The notes beneath the pieces are model-generated. The model was not told where the DNA came from and ran no database searches. It saw only the letters and a program-made list of their open reading frames with translations. From positions 4,652 through 68,651 of the forward strand of contig JBBECT010000005.1 in the NCBI GenBank assembly GCA_040881665.1: a DNA stretch of 64,000 nucleotides. The letters are read 5' to 3'. This document shows, piece after piece, positions 21,728 to 32,071 of the stretch (the first letter of the stretch is position 1; each line of letters opens with the position of its first letter). Position numbers and translations under genes: made by a program. The DNA is from Actinomycetota bacterium. Its GTDB lineage: Bacteria > Actinomycetota > UBA4738 > HRBIN12.

Positions 21728-22912
21728 ATGAGCAGCGCCCGGGTTCCCCGGGTCCTGCTCCTCGTCGCCGACTCCCTCGGCGTCGGCGCCGCCCCGGACA
21801 CCCTCGCCTACGGCGACGGCGGATCGGACACCCTCGGGAACACCGCGCGGGCGGTCGGGGGCCTCCGCTTACCCAACCTCGGGGCGCTCGGGATCGGCAT
21901 GCTCACCGATGTGGCGGGTGTTCCTCCGAGCGCGGCGCCGGGGTCGGCGCATGGAACCTTGGCCGAGCGCTCCGCGGGCAAGGACACGACCACCGGCCAC
22001 TGGGAGATGACCGGGATCATCCTCGATCGTCCGTTCCCCCTGTATCCGGATGGATTCCCTCCCGAGATCGTGGAACCGTTCGAGCGTGCGATCGGGCGTT
22101 CGATCCTCGGGAACCGTCCCGCGTCGGGAACCGAGATCCTCGCCGAGCTCGGAGAGGAGCATCTGGCGACCGGCTCGCCGATCGTGTACACGAGCGGGGA
22201 CTCCGTCTTCCAGATCGCGACCCACACCGACGTCGTGGGCACGGCCACGCTCTACGAATGGTGTCGCGTGGCTCGCCGCCTGCTCACGGGGACGCATCAG
22301 GTGGGTCGGGTGATCGCGCGGCCGTTCACCGGCCCACCGGGAGCGTTCGAGCGTCTCCCGGGGCGACGGGACTTCTCCGTGCCCCCGCCCCGTTCCACCC
22401 TCCTCGACGCGGCGGTCGCGGCGGGTGTCGCGGTCTACGGGGTGGGCAAGATCCAAGACGTCTTCAGCGGCCAGGGACTCTCCGAGGCGCGGTACTCCGC
22501 CTCGAACGACGACGGGATCGACATCGCGATCGCCTACCTCCGCAGATCCGCGCCCGCGCTCGTCTTCTGCAACCTCGTCGACTTCGACTCGAAGTACGGA
22601 CATCGCAACGACCCGCAGGGATACGCTCGGTGTCTCGAGGCGCTGGACCGGCGCGCGCCGGAGCTGATCGGCGCGCTCGATGGGGGCGTGCTGCTCATGA
22701 CGGGCGATCACGGCTGCGATCCGACGACCCCGTCGACGGATCATTCTCGGGAGCTTGTCCCGATGCTGGCCGCCGGCGTGCCGGGCGGGCCCCACGACGT
22801 GGGGCAACGGCCGACGTTCGCCGATCTCGGCGCGACCGCAGCGGAGCTGCTCGGGGTTGCATCGATCGACGGTGGGGCGGGCATGAGCTTCGCCGGTGAG
22901 ATCGGGTTCTGA
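21728..22912 (+). CDS. deoB: Phosphopentomutase
   Basis: ORF 21566..22912 trimmed to ATG 21728. [34 protein letters not shown]. Confidence 0.9.
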   Translation: MSSARVPRVLLLVADSLGVGAAPDTLAYGDGGSDTLGNTARAVGGLRLPNLGALGIGMLTDVAGVPPSAAPGSAHGTLAERSAGKDTTTGHWEMTGIILDRPFPLYPDGFPPEIVEPFERAIGRSILGNRPASGTEILAELGEEHLATGSPIVYTSGDSVFQIATHTDVVGTATLYEWCRVARRLLTGTHQVGRVIARPFTGPPGAFERLPGRRDFSVPPPRSTLLDAAVAAGVAVYGVGKIQDVFSGQGLSEARYSASNDDGIDIAIAYLRRSAPALVFCNLVDFDSKYGHRNDPQGYARCLEALDRRAPELIGALDGGVLLMTGDHGCDPTTPSTDHSRELVPMLAAGVPGGPHDVGQRPTFADLGATAAELLGVASIDGGAGMSFAGEIGF

Positions 22913-22926
22913 TAGGAGGAACGGAG

Positions 22927-23580
22927 ATGGTTGCACTGCGGTACGCGCTCTACCTCGCCCTCGCACTCGTGGTGGGCCTGGTGGCGAGGGAGACCGCGCG
23001 CTCGCTGGTCGCCGACAAGCTCGGTGACCCGACGCCGCGTCGCTGGGGCCGCCTGTGGCCGTCGGCATCGATGGTCGACCCGTTCGGGACGCTGATCCTG
23101 CCGGCATTGATCCTGATCCTGTGGGGCTCGGCCGCGGCGTTCCGCCCACCGCCGTTCGCGTACGCGAAGCCGCTGCCCTCGGATCCGACGTACCTGAAGA
23201 AGCCGACACGCGACACGGTGTTGATCTCGATCGCCGGGCCCGCGGCCAACCTCGCGCTCGCGATCGTGGCGGGGTTCGCCCTCCGGCTGGGTATCGAGTC
23301 GTTCGAAATATTGCTGGTCGCGCAGGCGTTCCTGTTCACCAATCTGATCATGTTCGTGTTCCACCTGATGCCGGTGCCGGGTCTCGATGGCGCACGCATG
23401 CTCGCTCTCGTGCTGCCGGTGCATGCCCGCGAGATCTACCGCAACCTCGATCAGTACCTGGTCCTGTTCATGCTGGTGATCTTCTTCCTGTTCGCCGGTC
23501 CGCTGCTCGCGATCGTGGAGGGACTGGCGGCAGCAGTGTGCGACATCGTCGCCGGCTCGGCCGCCTGCGGCCGGTTCTGA
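22927..23580 (+). CDS. Site-2 protease (peptidase M50) family membrane protein lacking the HExxH motif
   Basis: The family-typical context KLGDPT...VDPFGTLILP and MPVPGLDG is present, but the HExxH position reads RETAR (aa 21-25). Confidence 0.7.
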   Translation: MVALRYALYLALALVVGLVARETARSLVADKLGDPTPRRWGRLWPSASMVDPFGTLILPALILILWGSAAAFRPPPFAYAKPLPSDPTYLKKPTRDTVLISIAGPAANLALAIVAGFALRLGIESFEILLVAQAFLFTNLIMFVFHLMPVPGLDGARMLALVLPVHAREIYRNLDQYLVLFMLVIFFLFAGPLLAIVEGLAAAVCDIVAGSAACGRF

Positions 23581-23662
23581 CCACGAGCCCGCGGCCCGCC
23601 GGTGCCCTCCCGGGTGTGGAGCACGCCCGCGTTATCATCCGCTCCATCGTGGGAAGAGCATC

Positions 23663-24676
23663 GTGGTGAACGCGGGATCCGGGGCCGGCGCCGAGGTTCG
23701 TGCCCGCGTGCTGACGGGGTACCGGCCGACCGGGCCGCTGCACGTCGGGCACTGGTTCGGCAACATCCGCACGATGCTGGACCTGCAGGTCGAACATGAC
23801 GCCTTCTTCTTCGTGGCCGACTGGCACTCCCTGACGACCGATTACGACCGGACCGAAGCGCTCCCGGGCAACGTCGCAGGTCTCGTGCTCGACTGGCTCG
23901 CCGCGGGCCTGGATCCCACGCGCGCCACGATCTACCGGCAATCCGACATCCCCGAGATCGCCGAGATGTCGTTGCTGCTCGGGATGCTGACCCCCATCGG
24001 GTGGCTCGAGCGCGTCCCGACCTTCAAGGAACGGCTGCGCGATCTCGCCGAACGCGACATCGCCAACCTCGGGTTGCTCGGCTACCCGGTGCTCCAGACC
24101 GTCGACATCACGATCGTGCGGGGAGAGCTCGTGCCGGTGGGGGAGGATCAGCTGCCGCACCTCGAACTCTCGCGGGAGATCGTTCGGCGCTTCAACCGGA
24201 TCTACGGGGACGTGCTCGTCGAGCCGAAGGAGCTGCTCTCCGAGGCCCCGCTGATCCCGGGCAGCGACGGCCGGAAGATGTCCAAGTCGCTCGACAACGC
24301 GATCGGGGTGCGCGACGACGAGGACCAGATCCGTGCGAAGGTTCGCTCGTTCCTGACCGATCCACAGAAGGTTCGCAAGCACGACCCGGGGCGCCCGGAG
24401 ATCTGTCCGGTCTTCTCGTTGCACCGCTTGTTCTCGCCCGACATCCTCGAGTGGACCGAAGAGAACTGCCGTTCGGGCGCGCTGGGGTGCGTGGAATGCA
24501 AAGGGAACCTCGCGGACCGCATCGTGGAGTACTACCGTCCGTTCCGGGAACGGCGCGCGGAGCTGGAGTCCACGCCCGACGTGGTCGAGCGGACCCTGGC
24601 CGACGGAGCGGCGCGGGCCCGGCCGGTGGCGCAGCGCACGCTCGAGGCCGTCCGCGAAGCGATGCATCTCAGATGA
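23663..24676 (+). CDS. trpS: Tryptophan--tRNA ligase
   Basis: GYRPTGPLHVGHWFG (HIGH-type) and KMSKS motifs. Confidence 0.95.
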   Translation: MVNAGSGAGAEVRARVLTGYRPTGPLHVGHWFGNIRTMLDLQVEHDAFFFVADWHSLTTDYDRTEALPGNVAGLVLDWLAAGLDPTRATIYRQSDIPEIAEMSLLLGMLTPIGWLERVPTFKERLRDLAERDIANLGLLGYPVLQTVDITIVRGELVPVGEDQLPHLELSREIVRRFNRIYGDVLVEPKELLSEAPLIPGSDGRKMSKSLDNAIGVRDDEDQIRAKVRSFLTDPQKVRKHDPGRPEICPVFSLHRLFSPDILEWTEENCRSGALGCVECKGNLADRIVEYYRPFRERRAELESTPDVVERTLADGAARARPVAQRTLEAVREAMHLR

Positions 24677-24686
24677 GAGGAACGCG

Positions 24687-25439
24687 GTGAGCGCAACGAA
24701 CGACACGACCTCCGCGGAGGCTCCGGTGTTCGCGGTCGAGCTCCCCGTGTTCACGGGGCCCTTCCGCGTGCTCTCCGACCTGATCCTCGAGCAAAAGGTC
24801 GATGTGTGCGACGTGCCGGTCGCGACCGTGACGGATGCCTTCCTCTCGTACTCGAGCGACACCGAGCGCTGGGACCTGGAGGAGGCCACGTGGTTCCTGG
24901 CGATCTGCGCGATCCTCCTCGAGTTGAAGGTGGGGCGCTTGATGCCCAAGCACACCGAGCTCGACGAGGACGACCTGCTCGGCGGCAACCCCGACCTCGT
25001 CTACGCGCGCAGCCTCGAGTTGCAGGCGTTCCGCCGCATCGCCGCGGAGCTCGCCCGGCGAGCCGCGGGCGAGGCCGAGTACTTCACCCGGGACGCGGGA
25101 CCGGGGGAGGAGTTCGCCCACCTGTACCCCGACGTGATGGAGAAGGTCACGCCCGAACGGCTGCAGCGGTTGGCCGCAGCGCTGCTGAAGCCCCCGCCCG
25201 TGCTGGATCTGTCCCACGTGACCCCGATCCGGTTCACGGTGTCGGACGCGATGGCCGATGTGGAGCGGTCGCTGACCGATGTGCGTGAGGCGCGGTTCCG
25301 CGAGCTCGTGGCGGACTGCGAGGAGCGGATCCACGTCGTCGTGCGTTTCCTGGCGCTCCTGGAGCTGTACCGGGACGGCAAGATCGAGGTGGAGCAGGCC
25401 GAGACCTTCGGCGAGCTGCGGATCCGGTGGGCCCCGTGA
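24687..25439 (+). CDS. scpA: Segregation and condensation protein A
   Basis: FAVELPVFTGPFRVLSDLILEQKVDVCDVPVA is typical of ScpA. Followed by scpB. Confidence 0.9.
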   Translation: MSATNDTTSAEAPVFAVELPVFTGPFRVLSDLILEQKVDVCDVPVATVTDAFLSYSSDTERWDLEEATWFLAICAILLELKVGRLMPKHTELDEDDLLGGNPDLVYARSLELQAFRRIAAELARRAAGEAEYFTRDAGPGEEFAHLYPDVMEKVTPERLQRLAAALLKPPPVLDLSHVTPIRFTVSDAMADVERSLTDVREARFRELVADCEERIHVVVRFLALLELYRDGKIEVEQAETFGELRIRWAP

Positions 25440-26197
25440 GCGACGAGCCGATGCCGGCCGTCGATCCCCTGGAGGAACGGGCGGACCGCGAGCCGAGCGC
25501 GGTCACCGAGCCGCGGGGTGCGGGGGACCTGGCGCGGTCGATCGAAGCCTTGCTCTTCGTGTCCGACGAGCCCGTTGCCGCGTCGGTGCTGGCCGGGGTC
25601 CTCGAGACCGACCGCCGCGCCGTCGACCGGGCATGCGAGGAGCTGGCCGCCGCCCTGGAGGCGCGGGGCTCGGGCGTGGTCCTGCGTAACGTCGCCGGGG
25701 GATGGCGGCTGTTCACCCACCCCGATACCGCACCGATCGTCGAACGCTTCGTGCTGAGCTCTCGTCAGGCGCGCTTGACGAAGGCCGCGCTCGAGACCTT
25801 GGCGATCGTCGCCTACAAGCAGCCGGTCACCCGCCATCAGGTCTCGTCGGTGCGGGGGGTCAACTCCGACGGGGTCCTGCGCGCCCTCACCGAGCGCGAG
25901 CTCGTCGTCGAGGTGGGACGAGAGGAGAGTCCGGGGCGGCCGGTGCTGTACGGCACGAGTCCGGCGTTCCTCGAACGTCTCGGGTTGCCGTCGGTGACCT
26001 CCCTTCCGTCCCTCGCACCCTTGCTGGGCGAAGTGGACGAGGTGGACCCGGGCCGGGATGCGCCTCCCGCTCCGGCCGACGGCGCGGAGGACGCCGGCCC
26101 GGTCGAGGAGACCTACGGCGACGACGAGCCCGACGCGGGCGCCGCAGACGGTGCCGAGGGGTCGGACGGTCGACCCGGCGGCGCTCCCGGCGACTGA
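25427..26197 (+). CDS. scpB: Segregation and condensation protein B
   Basis: IEALLFVSDEPV..., SRQARLTKAALETLAIVAYKQPVTR, GRPVLYGT. Start is GTG 25427 or 25436. Confidence 0.9.
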   Translation: MGPVSDEPMPAVDPLEERADREPSAVTEPRGAGDLARSIEALLFVSDEPVAASVLAGVLETDRRAVDRACEELAAALEARGSGVVLRNVAGGWRLFTHPDTAPIVERFVLSSRQARLTKAALETLAIVAYKQPVTRHQVSSVRGVNSDGVLRALTERELVVEVGREESPGRPVLYGTSPAFLERLGLPSVTSLPSLAPLLGEVDEVDPGRDAPPAPADGAEDAGPVEETYGDDEPDAGAADGAEGSDGRPGGAPGD

Positions 26198-26206
26198 TCC
26201 GGCGCC

Positions 26207-26926
26207 GTGGCCCAGGAGCGGCTCCAGCGGACCCTGGCACGCGCCGGGTTCGGCTCGCGCAGGGCATGTGAAGACCTGATCCGCCAGGAACGCGTCACGG
26301 TGAACGGCAAGCTCGCAACCCTCGGGGACAAGGCCGATCCGGAGCACGATACGGTCGCCGTCGACGGCTCAACCCTCAACCTCGATCCCGACTCGAGGTA
26401 CTACGCCTTCAACAAGCCGACCGGAGTCGTGACCTCGATGTCCGACGAACGCGGGCGGCCGGATCTGCGGAGCTACCTCCCCGAGGGCCCTCGCGTCTTC
26501 CCGGTGGGGCGACTCGACCTGGATAGCGAGGGCCTGCTGGTGCTCACGAACGACGGTGAGCTCGCGAATCGCCTGACCCATCCCCGGTACGGGATCGAGA
26601 AGGAGTACCTGGCCGAGGTCGATGGAGCGGCCACAGACCGCGCACTCGGAGCGCTGCGACAGGGGGTCGACCTGGAGGACGGGCCGGCCAAGGTGATCGC
26701 GGTCCGTACCGTCGACCGCCGCCCCGACCGCAGCGCACTGCGGGTCGTGATGGCGGAGGGCCGGAAGCGGGAAGTCCGCCGGATCCTCGACGCGGTGGGA
26801 CTACCCGTCACCCGCCTCGTCCGGCTCCGGATCGGCCCCCTGCGTCTCGGACGGTTGCGATCCGGCGAGATCCGGGAGCTGGACCACGCCGAAGTCCGTG
26901 CGCTGTACCGTGCCGCCGGTCTCTAA
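26207..26926 (+). CDS. rluB: Pseudouridine synthase (RluB/RsuA family)
   Basis: S4 domain RLQRTLARAGFGSRR, catalytic GRLDLDSEGLLVLTNDG. Confidence 0.9.
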   Translation: MAQERLQRTLARAGFGSRRACEDLIRQERVTVNGKLATLGDKADPEHDTVAVDGSTLNLDPDSRYYAFNKPTGVVTSMSDERGRPDLRSYLPEGPRVFPVGRLDLDSEGLLVLTNDGELANRLTHPRYGIEKEYLAEVDGAATDRALGALRQGVDLEDGPAKVIAVRTVDRRPDRSALRVVMAEGRKREVRRILDAVGLPVTRLVRLRIGPLRLGRLRSGEIRELDHAEVRALYRAAGL

Positions 26927-27049
26927 GCGGTAGCCTCCGTTCACGGTGCCCGTCTTGGGAACCGTCGGACGCATCGTCGGTTCGTGGGCGGTGCTCGCCG
27001 CACCGAAGTCGCCGGCCCGGCGCCGGCCCTGCGACGCGAGAGGAGGGGC

Positions 27050-27409
27050 ATGCGGGTTCGCGGCGCACGGGGAGCGATCCGCGTTCCCGAAGATCGGTCC
27101 GAGGTCGTCCTCGAGGCCACCAGTCGCCTGGTCGGCGAGATCCTCGACCGGAACGCGATCGCGACGGACGACCTCGTGAGCATGCTGTTCACCACCACGG
27201 ACGGGCTCTCCTCGGTGTTCCCGGCCGAGGCGGCGCGCAGGATGGGTCTGGGTCGGGTCCCGCTGCTGTGTGCCCGGGAGATCCCCGTCGAGGGAGCGAT
27301 GCCGAACGTGATCCGCATCCTCGTCCACTTCCACTCCGACCGCGGCCTCGACGAGGTCGAGCACGTCTACCTGGATGGCGCGGAGTCTTTGCGCGATGAC
27401 CTCGACTGA
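27050..27409 (+). CDS. aroH: Chorismate mutase, AroH class
   Basis: ATG 27050 preceded by GAGAGGAGGGG. MRVRGARGAIRV...SMLFTTT...CAREIPVEG is typical of AroH. Confidence 0.8.
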   Translation: MRVRGARGAIRVPEDRSEVVLEATSRLVGEILDRNAIATDDLVSMLFTTTDGLSSVFPAEAARRMGLGRVPLLCAREIPVEGAMPNVIRILVHFHSDRGLDEVEHVYLDGAESLRDDLD

Positions 27410-28535
27410 CCCCCCCGGGCGGCCCGATGCCCCCAAGCTCGATGCGGCTCCCGCCCGGATCGCGGTGCTCGGGACCGGGATGATGGGGACATCGATCGCG
27501 ATGGCCGCGCTGCGGGCCGGGATCGCGGTCCGGGGAACCGACGCGGATCCTCAGGTGCTGGCGAGGGCCTCGGAGCACGGTGGGTTCGTCGCCGCGCCCG
27601 ATCTGCCCTCGGCCGTCCGAGGCGCCGAGCTCGTCGTGGTCTGTACCCCCACTGCTGCGATCCCGTCCACGGTCCGCGCGGTCCTCGACGCGGCTCCGGA
27701 GGCCGTCGTGACCGATGCCGGGAGCGTGAAGACCGCGGTCGTCCGCGAGATCGAACGGGACGCGGCGGGTACGGGAGCCGAACGTTTCGTGGGCGGGCAC
27801 CCCATGGGTGGCAGCGAGCGCTCGGGTCCGGACGGGGCGGCTCCGAGCGTGGTCGATTCGATCGTGTGGGCGATCACCCCCTCGGAGGTCAGCGCGCCGG
27901 ATGCTGTGGGCCGGCTCGAGGCGTTCGTGGGCGCTCTCGGGAGCCGGCCGGTGCTGCTGAGCCCGGAGCGGCACGACCGCCTCGTCGCGATCGTGTCGCA
28001 CCTGCCGCAGATCGCGTCGACGGTGCTCATGGGTCTGGCGGCGTCCGAGGAGGCGGACGAGCCCGAACTGCTCTTGCTCGCCGCCGGAGGGTTCCGGGAT
28101 CTGACCCGCCTCGCCGCCTCGAGCCCAACCCTGTGGAGCGACATCCTGCTCTCGAACCGGGACGCGATCCTGGCCGCGATCGACCTCTACCTCGCGCGTC
28201 TGAGTGCGATGCGCGAGCTCGTCGCCGCACAACGGGCCGGCGAGGTCGAGGAGGCGTTCGCGGCCGCGAAGGCGGCCCGTCTCACGATGGCCGCCAAGCC
28301 TCTCGTTCGCTCCGGGGTGGCGATCCTCCAGGTACCGATCCCTGACCGCCCGGGCGCCCTGGCCGAGCTGACCGCGACGATGGCCGAGGCCGGGATCAAC
28401 ATCGAGGACCTGCAGATCGTCCACTCGCCCGAAGGAGGCCGAGGACTGGTTCACGTGACCGTCGCGGCGTCCGAGTCCGGGTCGGCGGCGGAGGTGCTCG
28501 GGGCGCGCAGCTTCGAGCCGACGAGGATCGCCTGA
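27396..28535 (+). CDS. tyrA: Prephenate dehydrogenase
   Basis: ATG 27396 overlaps the aroH end. IAVLGTGMMGTSIA Rossmann motif, GGHPMGGSE, C-terminal ACT-like domain. Confidence 0.85.
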   Translation: MTSTDPPGRPDAPKLDAAPARIAVLGTGMMGTSIAMAALRAGIAVRGTDADPQVLARASEHGGFVAAPDLPSAVRGAELVVVCTPTAAIPSTVRAVLDAAPEAVVTDAGSVKTAVVREIERDAAGTGAERFVGGHPMGGSERSGPDGAAPSVVDSIVWAITPSEVSAPDAVGRLEAFVGALGSRPVLLSPERHDRLVAIVSHLPQIASTVLMGLAASEEADEPELLLLAAGGFRDLTRLAASSPTLWSDILLSNRDAILAAIDLYLARLSAMRELVAAQRAGEVEEAFAAAKAARLTMAAKPLVRSGVAILQVPIPDRPGALAELTATMAEAGINIEDLQIVHSPEGGRGLVHVTVAASESGSAAEVLGARSFEPTRIA

Positions 28536-28545
28536 GGCCCGGGCG

Positions 28546-29940
28546 ATGCGACTCCGGATCCGTCCCGGTTCGGCCGTCGGGGGCCACGCGCGCGTTCCGG
28601 GGGACAAGTCGATCGCGCACCGATGGCTGATCCTCGCGTCGACGGCGAGAGGTCGGAGCCGGCTGGCCGGGATGCCGGGCGGGCTCGATGTGCGTTCCAC
28701 GGCGGCCTGCATGGCGGTGCTGGCACCGAAACCTCGACCTGCACTGGAGACGTGGCTGCACCTTCATCGAGACCGGGGTGCAGACGAACGGCAGGGTCGA
28801 GGTTTCACATGGAACTTGAACGCTGGCGAGAACCCTCCAGACGCCTCGACCCTCGACCTTGTCCTCGAGGGTGATGGCAGGAACGCCCTGGCCGAGCCTC
28901 CGAAGCGTCTGGATTGCGAGAACTCGGGGACGACCCTCCGGCTCCTGACCGGACTGCTCGCTCCGGCGCCGTTCACCTCGCTCCTTGCCGGGGACGCAAG
29001 TCTCAACGCCCGTCCGATGGAGCGGATCGCCGAACCGTTGCGCGCGATGGGAGCAGTGATCGACACCACCGACGGCCACCCGCCGGTGCGGGTGGATCCC
29101 GTCGGCGAGCTGCACGGCATCACGTGGGAGGACGGCACTCCGAGCGCGCAGGTGAAGTCGGCGATCCTGCTCGCGGGCACGGCGGCGAGCGGTTCTACGA
29201 CGGTGGTGGAGCCCGTGACGACCCGCGACCACACGGAGCGGGCCCTGCAGGCCCTCGGCGGTCCGGTCCGCATCGAGGGGCGCTCGGTCACCGTCGAGGC
29301 CTTCCAGCACCAGGGGTTCTCGGGCACGGTCCCCGGCGATCCATCCTCGGCGGCGTTCCTGGTCGCGGCCGCCGCGCTCACCGGCGCGGAGCTGCATATC
29401 GAGGGGGTCGGACTCAACCCGACACGGACCCGGTTCCTGGCCGTCATGGAACGGATGGGCATCCCGCTGACGACCGAGCTCGACGGGGAGGAAGTCGGAG
29501 AGCCCGTCGGAGCGATCCACGTCGGTCGCGCCGGAGCGTTGCGGGCAACGACCGTCGACGTGGACGAGCTCCCCCTCGTGATCGACGAGGTCCCCGTGCT
29601 CGCGGCGGTGGCCGCGCACGCGGACGGGGTCACGCGGTTCCGGGGCGCGGGCGAGCTGAAGGTGAAGGAGAGCGACCGGCTCTCCGCGGTCGTGGAGGGC
29701 CTGCGAGGTCTCGGGGGCGACGCGGAGGTGGAGGACGAGGACCTCGCGGTGACGGGGGGCGGTCTTCCCGGCGGGAACGCGGGGTCCGGCGGCGATCATC
29801 GGATCGGGATGGCGTTCGTGGTGGCGGCGCTCGCCGCGTCGGGAACGAGCGAGGTCGAGGGGATCGAACACACCGAGGTGTCGTTCCCGGGGTTCGCCCC
29901 CGCCCTGGGGGCGCTCGGCGCCGACCTCGAGGAAGCGTGA
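28546..29940 (+). CDS. aroA: 3-phosphoshikimate 1-carboxyvinyltransferase (EPSP synthase) with an extra ~30-aa insertion
   Basis: VPGDKSIAHRWLILAS, LDCENSGTTLRLL, GDPSSAAFL, KESDRL, DHRIGMAF. Confidence 0.9.
   Translation: MRLRIRPGSAVGGHARVPGDKSIAHRWLILASTARGRSRLAGMPGGLDVRSTAACMAVLAPKPRPALETWLHLHRDRGADERQGRGFTWNLNAGENPPDASTLDLVLEGDGRNALAEPPKRLDCENSGTTLRLLTGLLAPAPFTSLLAGDASLNARPMERIAEPLRAMGAVIDTTDGHPPVRVDPVGELHGITWEDGTPSAQVKSAILLAGTAASGSTTVVEPVTTRDHTERALQALGGPVRIEGRSVTVEAFQHQGFSGTVPGDPSSAAFLVAAAALTGAELHIEGVGLNPTRTRFLAVMERMGIPLTTELDGEEVGEPVGAIHVGRAGALRATTVDVDELPLVIDEVPVLAAVAAHADGVTRFRGAGELKVKESDRLSAVVEGLRGLGGDAEVEDEDLAVTGGGLPGGNAGSGGDHRIGMAFVVAALAASGTSEVEGIEHTEVSFPGFAPALGALGADLEEA
28729..28805. 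repeat. Extended imperfect palindrome inside aroA
   Basis: AAACCTCGACCTGC (28729-42) pairs with GCAGgGTCGAGGTTT (28791-805, one bulge). Inner arms CTGCACC (28756-62) and GGTGCAG (28777-83). Confidence 0.85.
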
Positions 29941-29944
29941 TCGC

Positions 29945-30631
29945 GTGGCTGTCGTCGCGATCGACGGGACCGCGGGATCGGGGAAGTCGACGCTCGCGAG
30001 AGGCTTGGCCCGGACCCTTGATCTGCCCTACGTGAACACCGGCGTGATGTACCGTGCGCTCGCGCGCGCCGCGCTCGACGAGGGGATCGATCCCTCGGAC
30101 GGCCCCGCCCTCGCCTCCGTGGCGGGCAGGCTGCGATTCACGCTCGGTCCGCACGGCGCCGACGGGGTCTCGGGGATCGAGGTCGAGGGTTCGCCACCGG
30201 GTCCGGACCTGGAGACTCCCGAGGTGGAGGCGATCGTGTCCGGCGTCGCCCGGCACCCCGAGGTCCGGGCCGTCCTCGTCGAGCGCCAGCGCGCCCTCGC
30301 TGGGCCCGGCGCGGTCGTCGAGGGTCGAGACATCGGAACGGTCGTGTTCCCGGACGCGCCGGTGAAGCTTTTCCTCACCGCCGACCCCCGGGCGCGGGCG
30401 GAGCGACGGGCGATCGAGCGCGCAGGCGCGGCCGACGAGGCCGTCGTGGCGGAAAATCTCCAGCGGCGGGACCGGCGCGACGCCGTGACGAACCCGTTCG
30501 ATCCGGCGCCCGGAGCCGTCGTGATCGACGCCTCCGAACGCTCGATCGAGCAGGTCCTGGCGCTTGCCCTCGACATCGCTCGTGCCGCCGGGGTGGCCGG
30601 ACCGGATCTCACCGGGGGAGGGCCGGGGTGA
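29945..30631 (+). CDS. cmk: Cytidylate kinase
   Basis: VAIDGTAGSGKST P-loop. Synteny cmk-der. Confidence 0.9.
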   Translation: MAVVAIDGTAGSGKSTLARGLARTLDLPYVNTGVMYRALARAALDEGIDPSDGPALASVAGRLRFTLGPHGADGVSGIEVEGSPPGPDLETPEVEAIVSGVARHPEVRAVLVERQRALAGPGAVVEGRDIGTVVFPDAPVKLFLTADPRARAERRAIERAGAADEAVVAENLQRRDRRDAVTNPFDPAPGAVVIDASERSIEQVLALALDIARAAGVAGPDLTGGGPG

Positions 30632-31938
30632 GCAGCCCTCGGCCGGCGCGCGTCGCGATCGTCGGACGACAGAACGTGGGCAAGTCGACCCTGGCCAACC
30701 GGCTGTTCGGTCGGCGGGAGACGATCGCACACGAGAGCCCCGGCGTGACCCGCGATCGGATCGAGCTGGAGACCTCGTGGCGTGGGCGGACCTTCGGGCT
30801 CGTCGACACCGGCGGCTTCGCGCATCGCGCCGACGGGATCGAGCAGCTCGTCGCGACCCAGGCGGAACGCGCCGCCGACGAGGCGGACGTGGTCGTGCTC
30901 GTCGTCGACGGGCATACCGGTATCCAGGAGGAGGACGCGATGCTCGCGCGCCGGCTCCGTCGCGGGCAGGTTCCGGTCCTCCTCGTCGTGAACAAGGTCG
31001 ACGCCGAGCGCGAGGAGCTCGACGTCGGGGCGTTCTACGCGCTCGGTCTCGGTGAGCCGCTGCCGGTCTCGGCCCTGCACGGTCGCTCCAGCGGCGACCT
31101 GCTCGATCGGATCGTCGACCTGTTGCCGCCGCGCGACGCGTTCGACGAAACGGGCCGGGACATGGACCTGGAGCCGAGGTTCGCGCTCGTCGGGCGGCCC
31201 AACGTCGGGAAGTCCTCGTTGTTCAACCGGCTCGTCGGGGAGGAGCGCTCGGTCGTGTTCGAGGAGGCCGGTACGACGCGGGACGCGGTGGACGCCCTCG
31301 TCGAATGGCCCGACGGCCCCGTCCGTTTCGTGGACACGGCGGGACTCCGCCGTTCCTCCCGTCAGCGGGGGGTCGACTACTACAGCTCCCTTCGGACCCA
31401 GCAGGCGATCGAACGGTCCCACGTCGCGGCGCTCGTGATCGATGCCGACGACGGCCTGACGTCGGAGGACAAGCGGATCGCGGCGCGGGTGATGGAGTTC
31501 GGACGCGGCCTGTTGATCGTCGCGAACAAGTGGGACCTCGTCGAGGACAAGGACCAGACGTTCCGTCGCCTGACCGAGCTCGTCGGCCCGTTCGCCCATG
31601 CGCAGGTGGTGCGCACCTCGGCGGTCCGGGGGAGCGGGACGCGGCGACTGCCGCCCGCGTTGCTCACCGTCCACGAGCGATGGACCTTCCGAGCCTCGAC
31701 CTCGAAGGTCAACGAGGTCCTGCAGGCGGCCCAGCAGGAACGGCCGGCGCCGCGAGGGGTGGGGACGTTCCGCTACGCGACGCAGGTCTCGTCCGGACCG
31801 CCTTCCTTCGTCGTGTTCGGGGGCAAGGTTCCGAACCCGACGTACCGCCGCTACCTGGAGAACCGTCTCCGGTCGAGGTTCGAGCTCGCCGGTGTTCCGG
31901 TCAAGCTCACGTTCCGCCCGAAGCGCCGCTCGTCCTGA
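30628..31938 (+). CDS. der: Ribosome biogenesis GTPase Der (EngA)
   Basis: Two GTPase domains ([10 protein letters not shown] and [10 protein letters not shown]) plus a KH-like C-terminus. 4-nt overlap with cmk. Confidence 0.95.
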   Translation: MSSPRPARVAIVGRQNVGKSTLANRLFGRRETIAHESPGVTRDRIELETSWRGRTFGLVDTGGFAHRADGIEQLVATQAERAADEADVVVLVVDGHTGIQEEDAMLARRLRRGQVPVLLVVNKVDAEREELDVGAFYALGLGEPLPVSALHGRSSGDLLDRIVDLLPPRDAFDETGRDMDLEPRFALVGRPNVGKSSLFNRLVGEERSVVFEEAGTTRDAVDALVEWPDGPVRFVDTAGLRRSSRQRGVDYYSSLRTQQAIERSHVAALVIDADDGLTSEDKRIAARVMEFGRGLLIVANKWDLVEDKDQTFRRLTELVGPFAHAQVVRTSAVRGSGTRRLPPALLTVHERWTFRASTSKVNEVLQAAQQERPAPRGVGTFRYATQVSSGPPSFVVFGGKVPNPTYRRYLENRLRSRFELAGVPVKLTFRPKRRSS

Positions 31939-31965
31939 GGGCGACCCGCTAGGATGAGCCGCGAA

Positions 31966-32042
31966 CGGGACGTGGCGCAGCCTGGTAGCGCACTGGTCTG
32001 GGGGACCAGGGGTCGCGGGTTCGAATCCCGCCGTCCCGACCA
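31966..32042 (+). tRNA. tRNA-Pro (anticodon GGG), CCA encoded
   Basis: Manual cloverleaf. Acceptor CGGGACG/CGTCCCG, D-arm GCGC-AGCCTGGTA-GCGC, anticodon arm CTGGT-CTGGGGG-ACCAG, T-arm GCGGG-TTCGAAT-CCCGC, then A-CCA. Confidence 0.95.
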
Positions 32043-32071
32043 CGGTGAACGGGTGATACGTTGCCCGCCCG

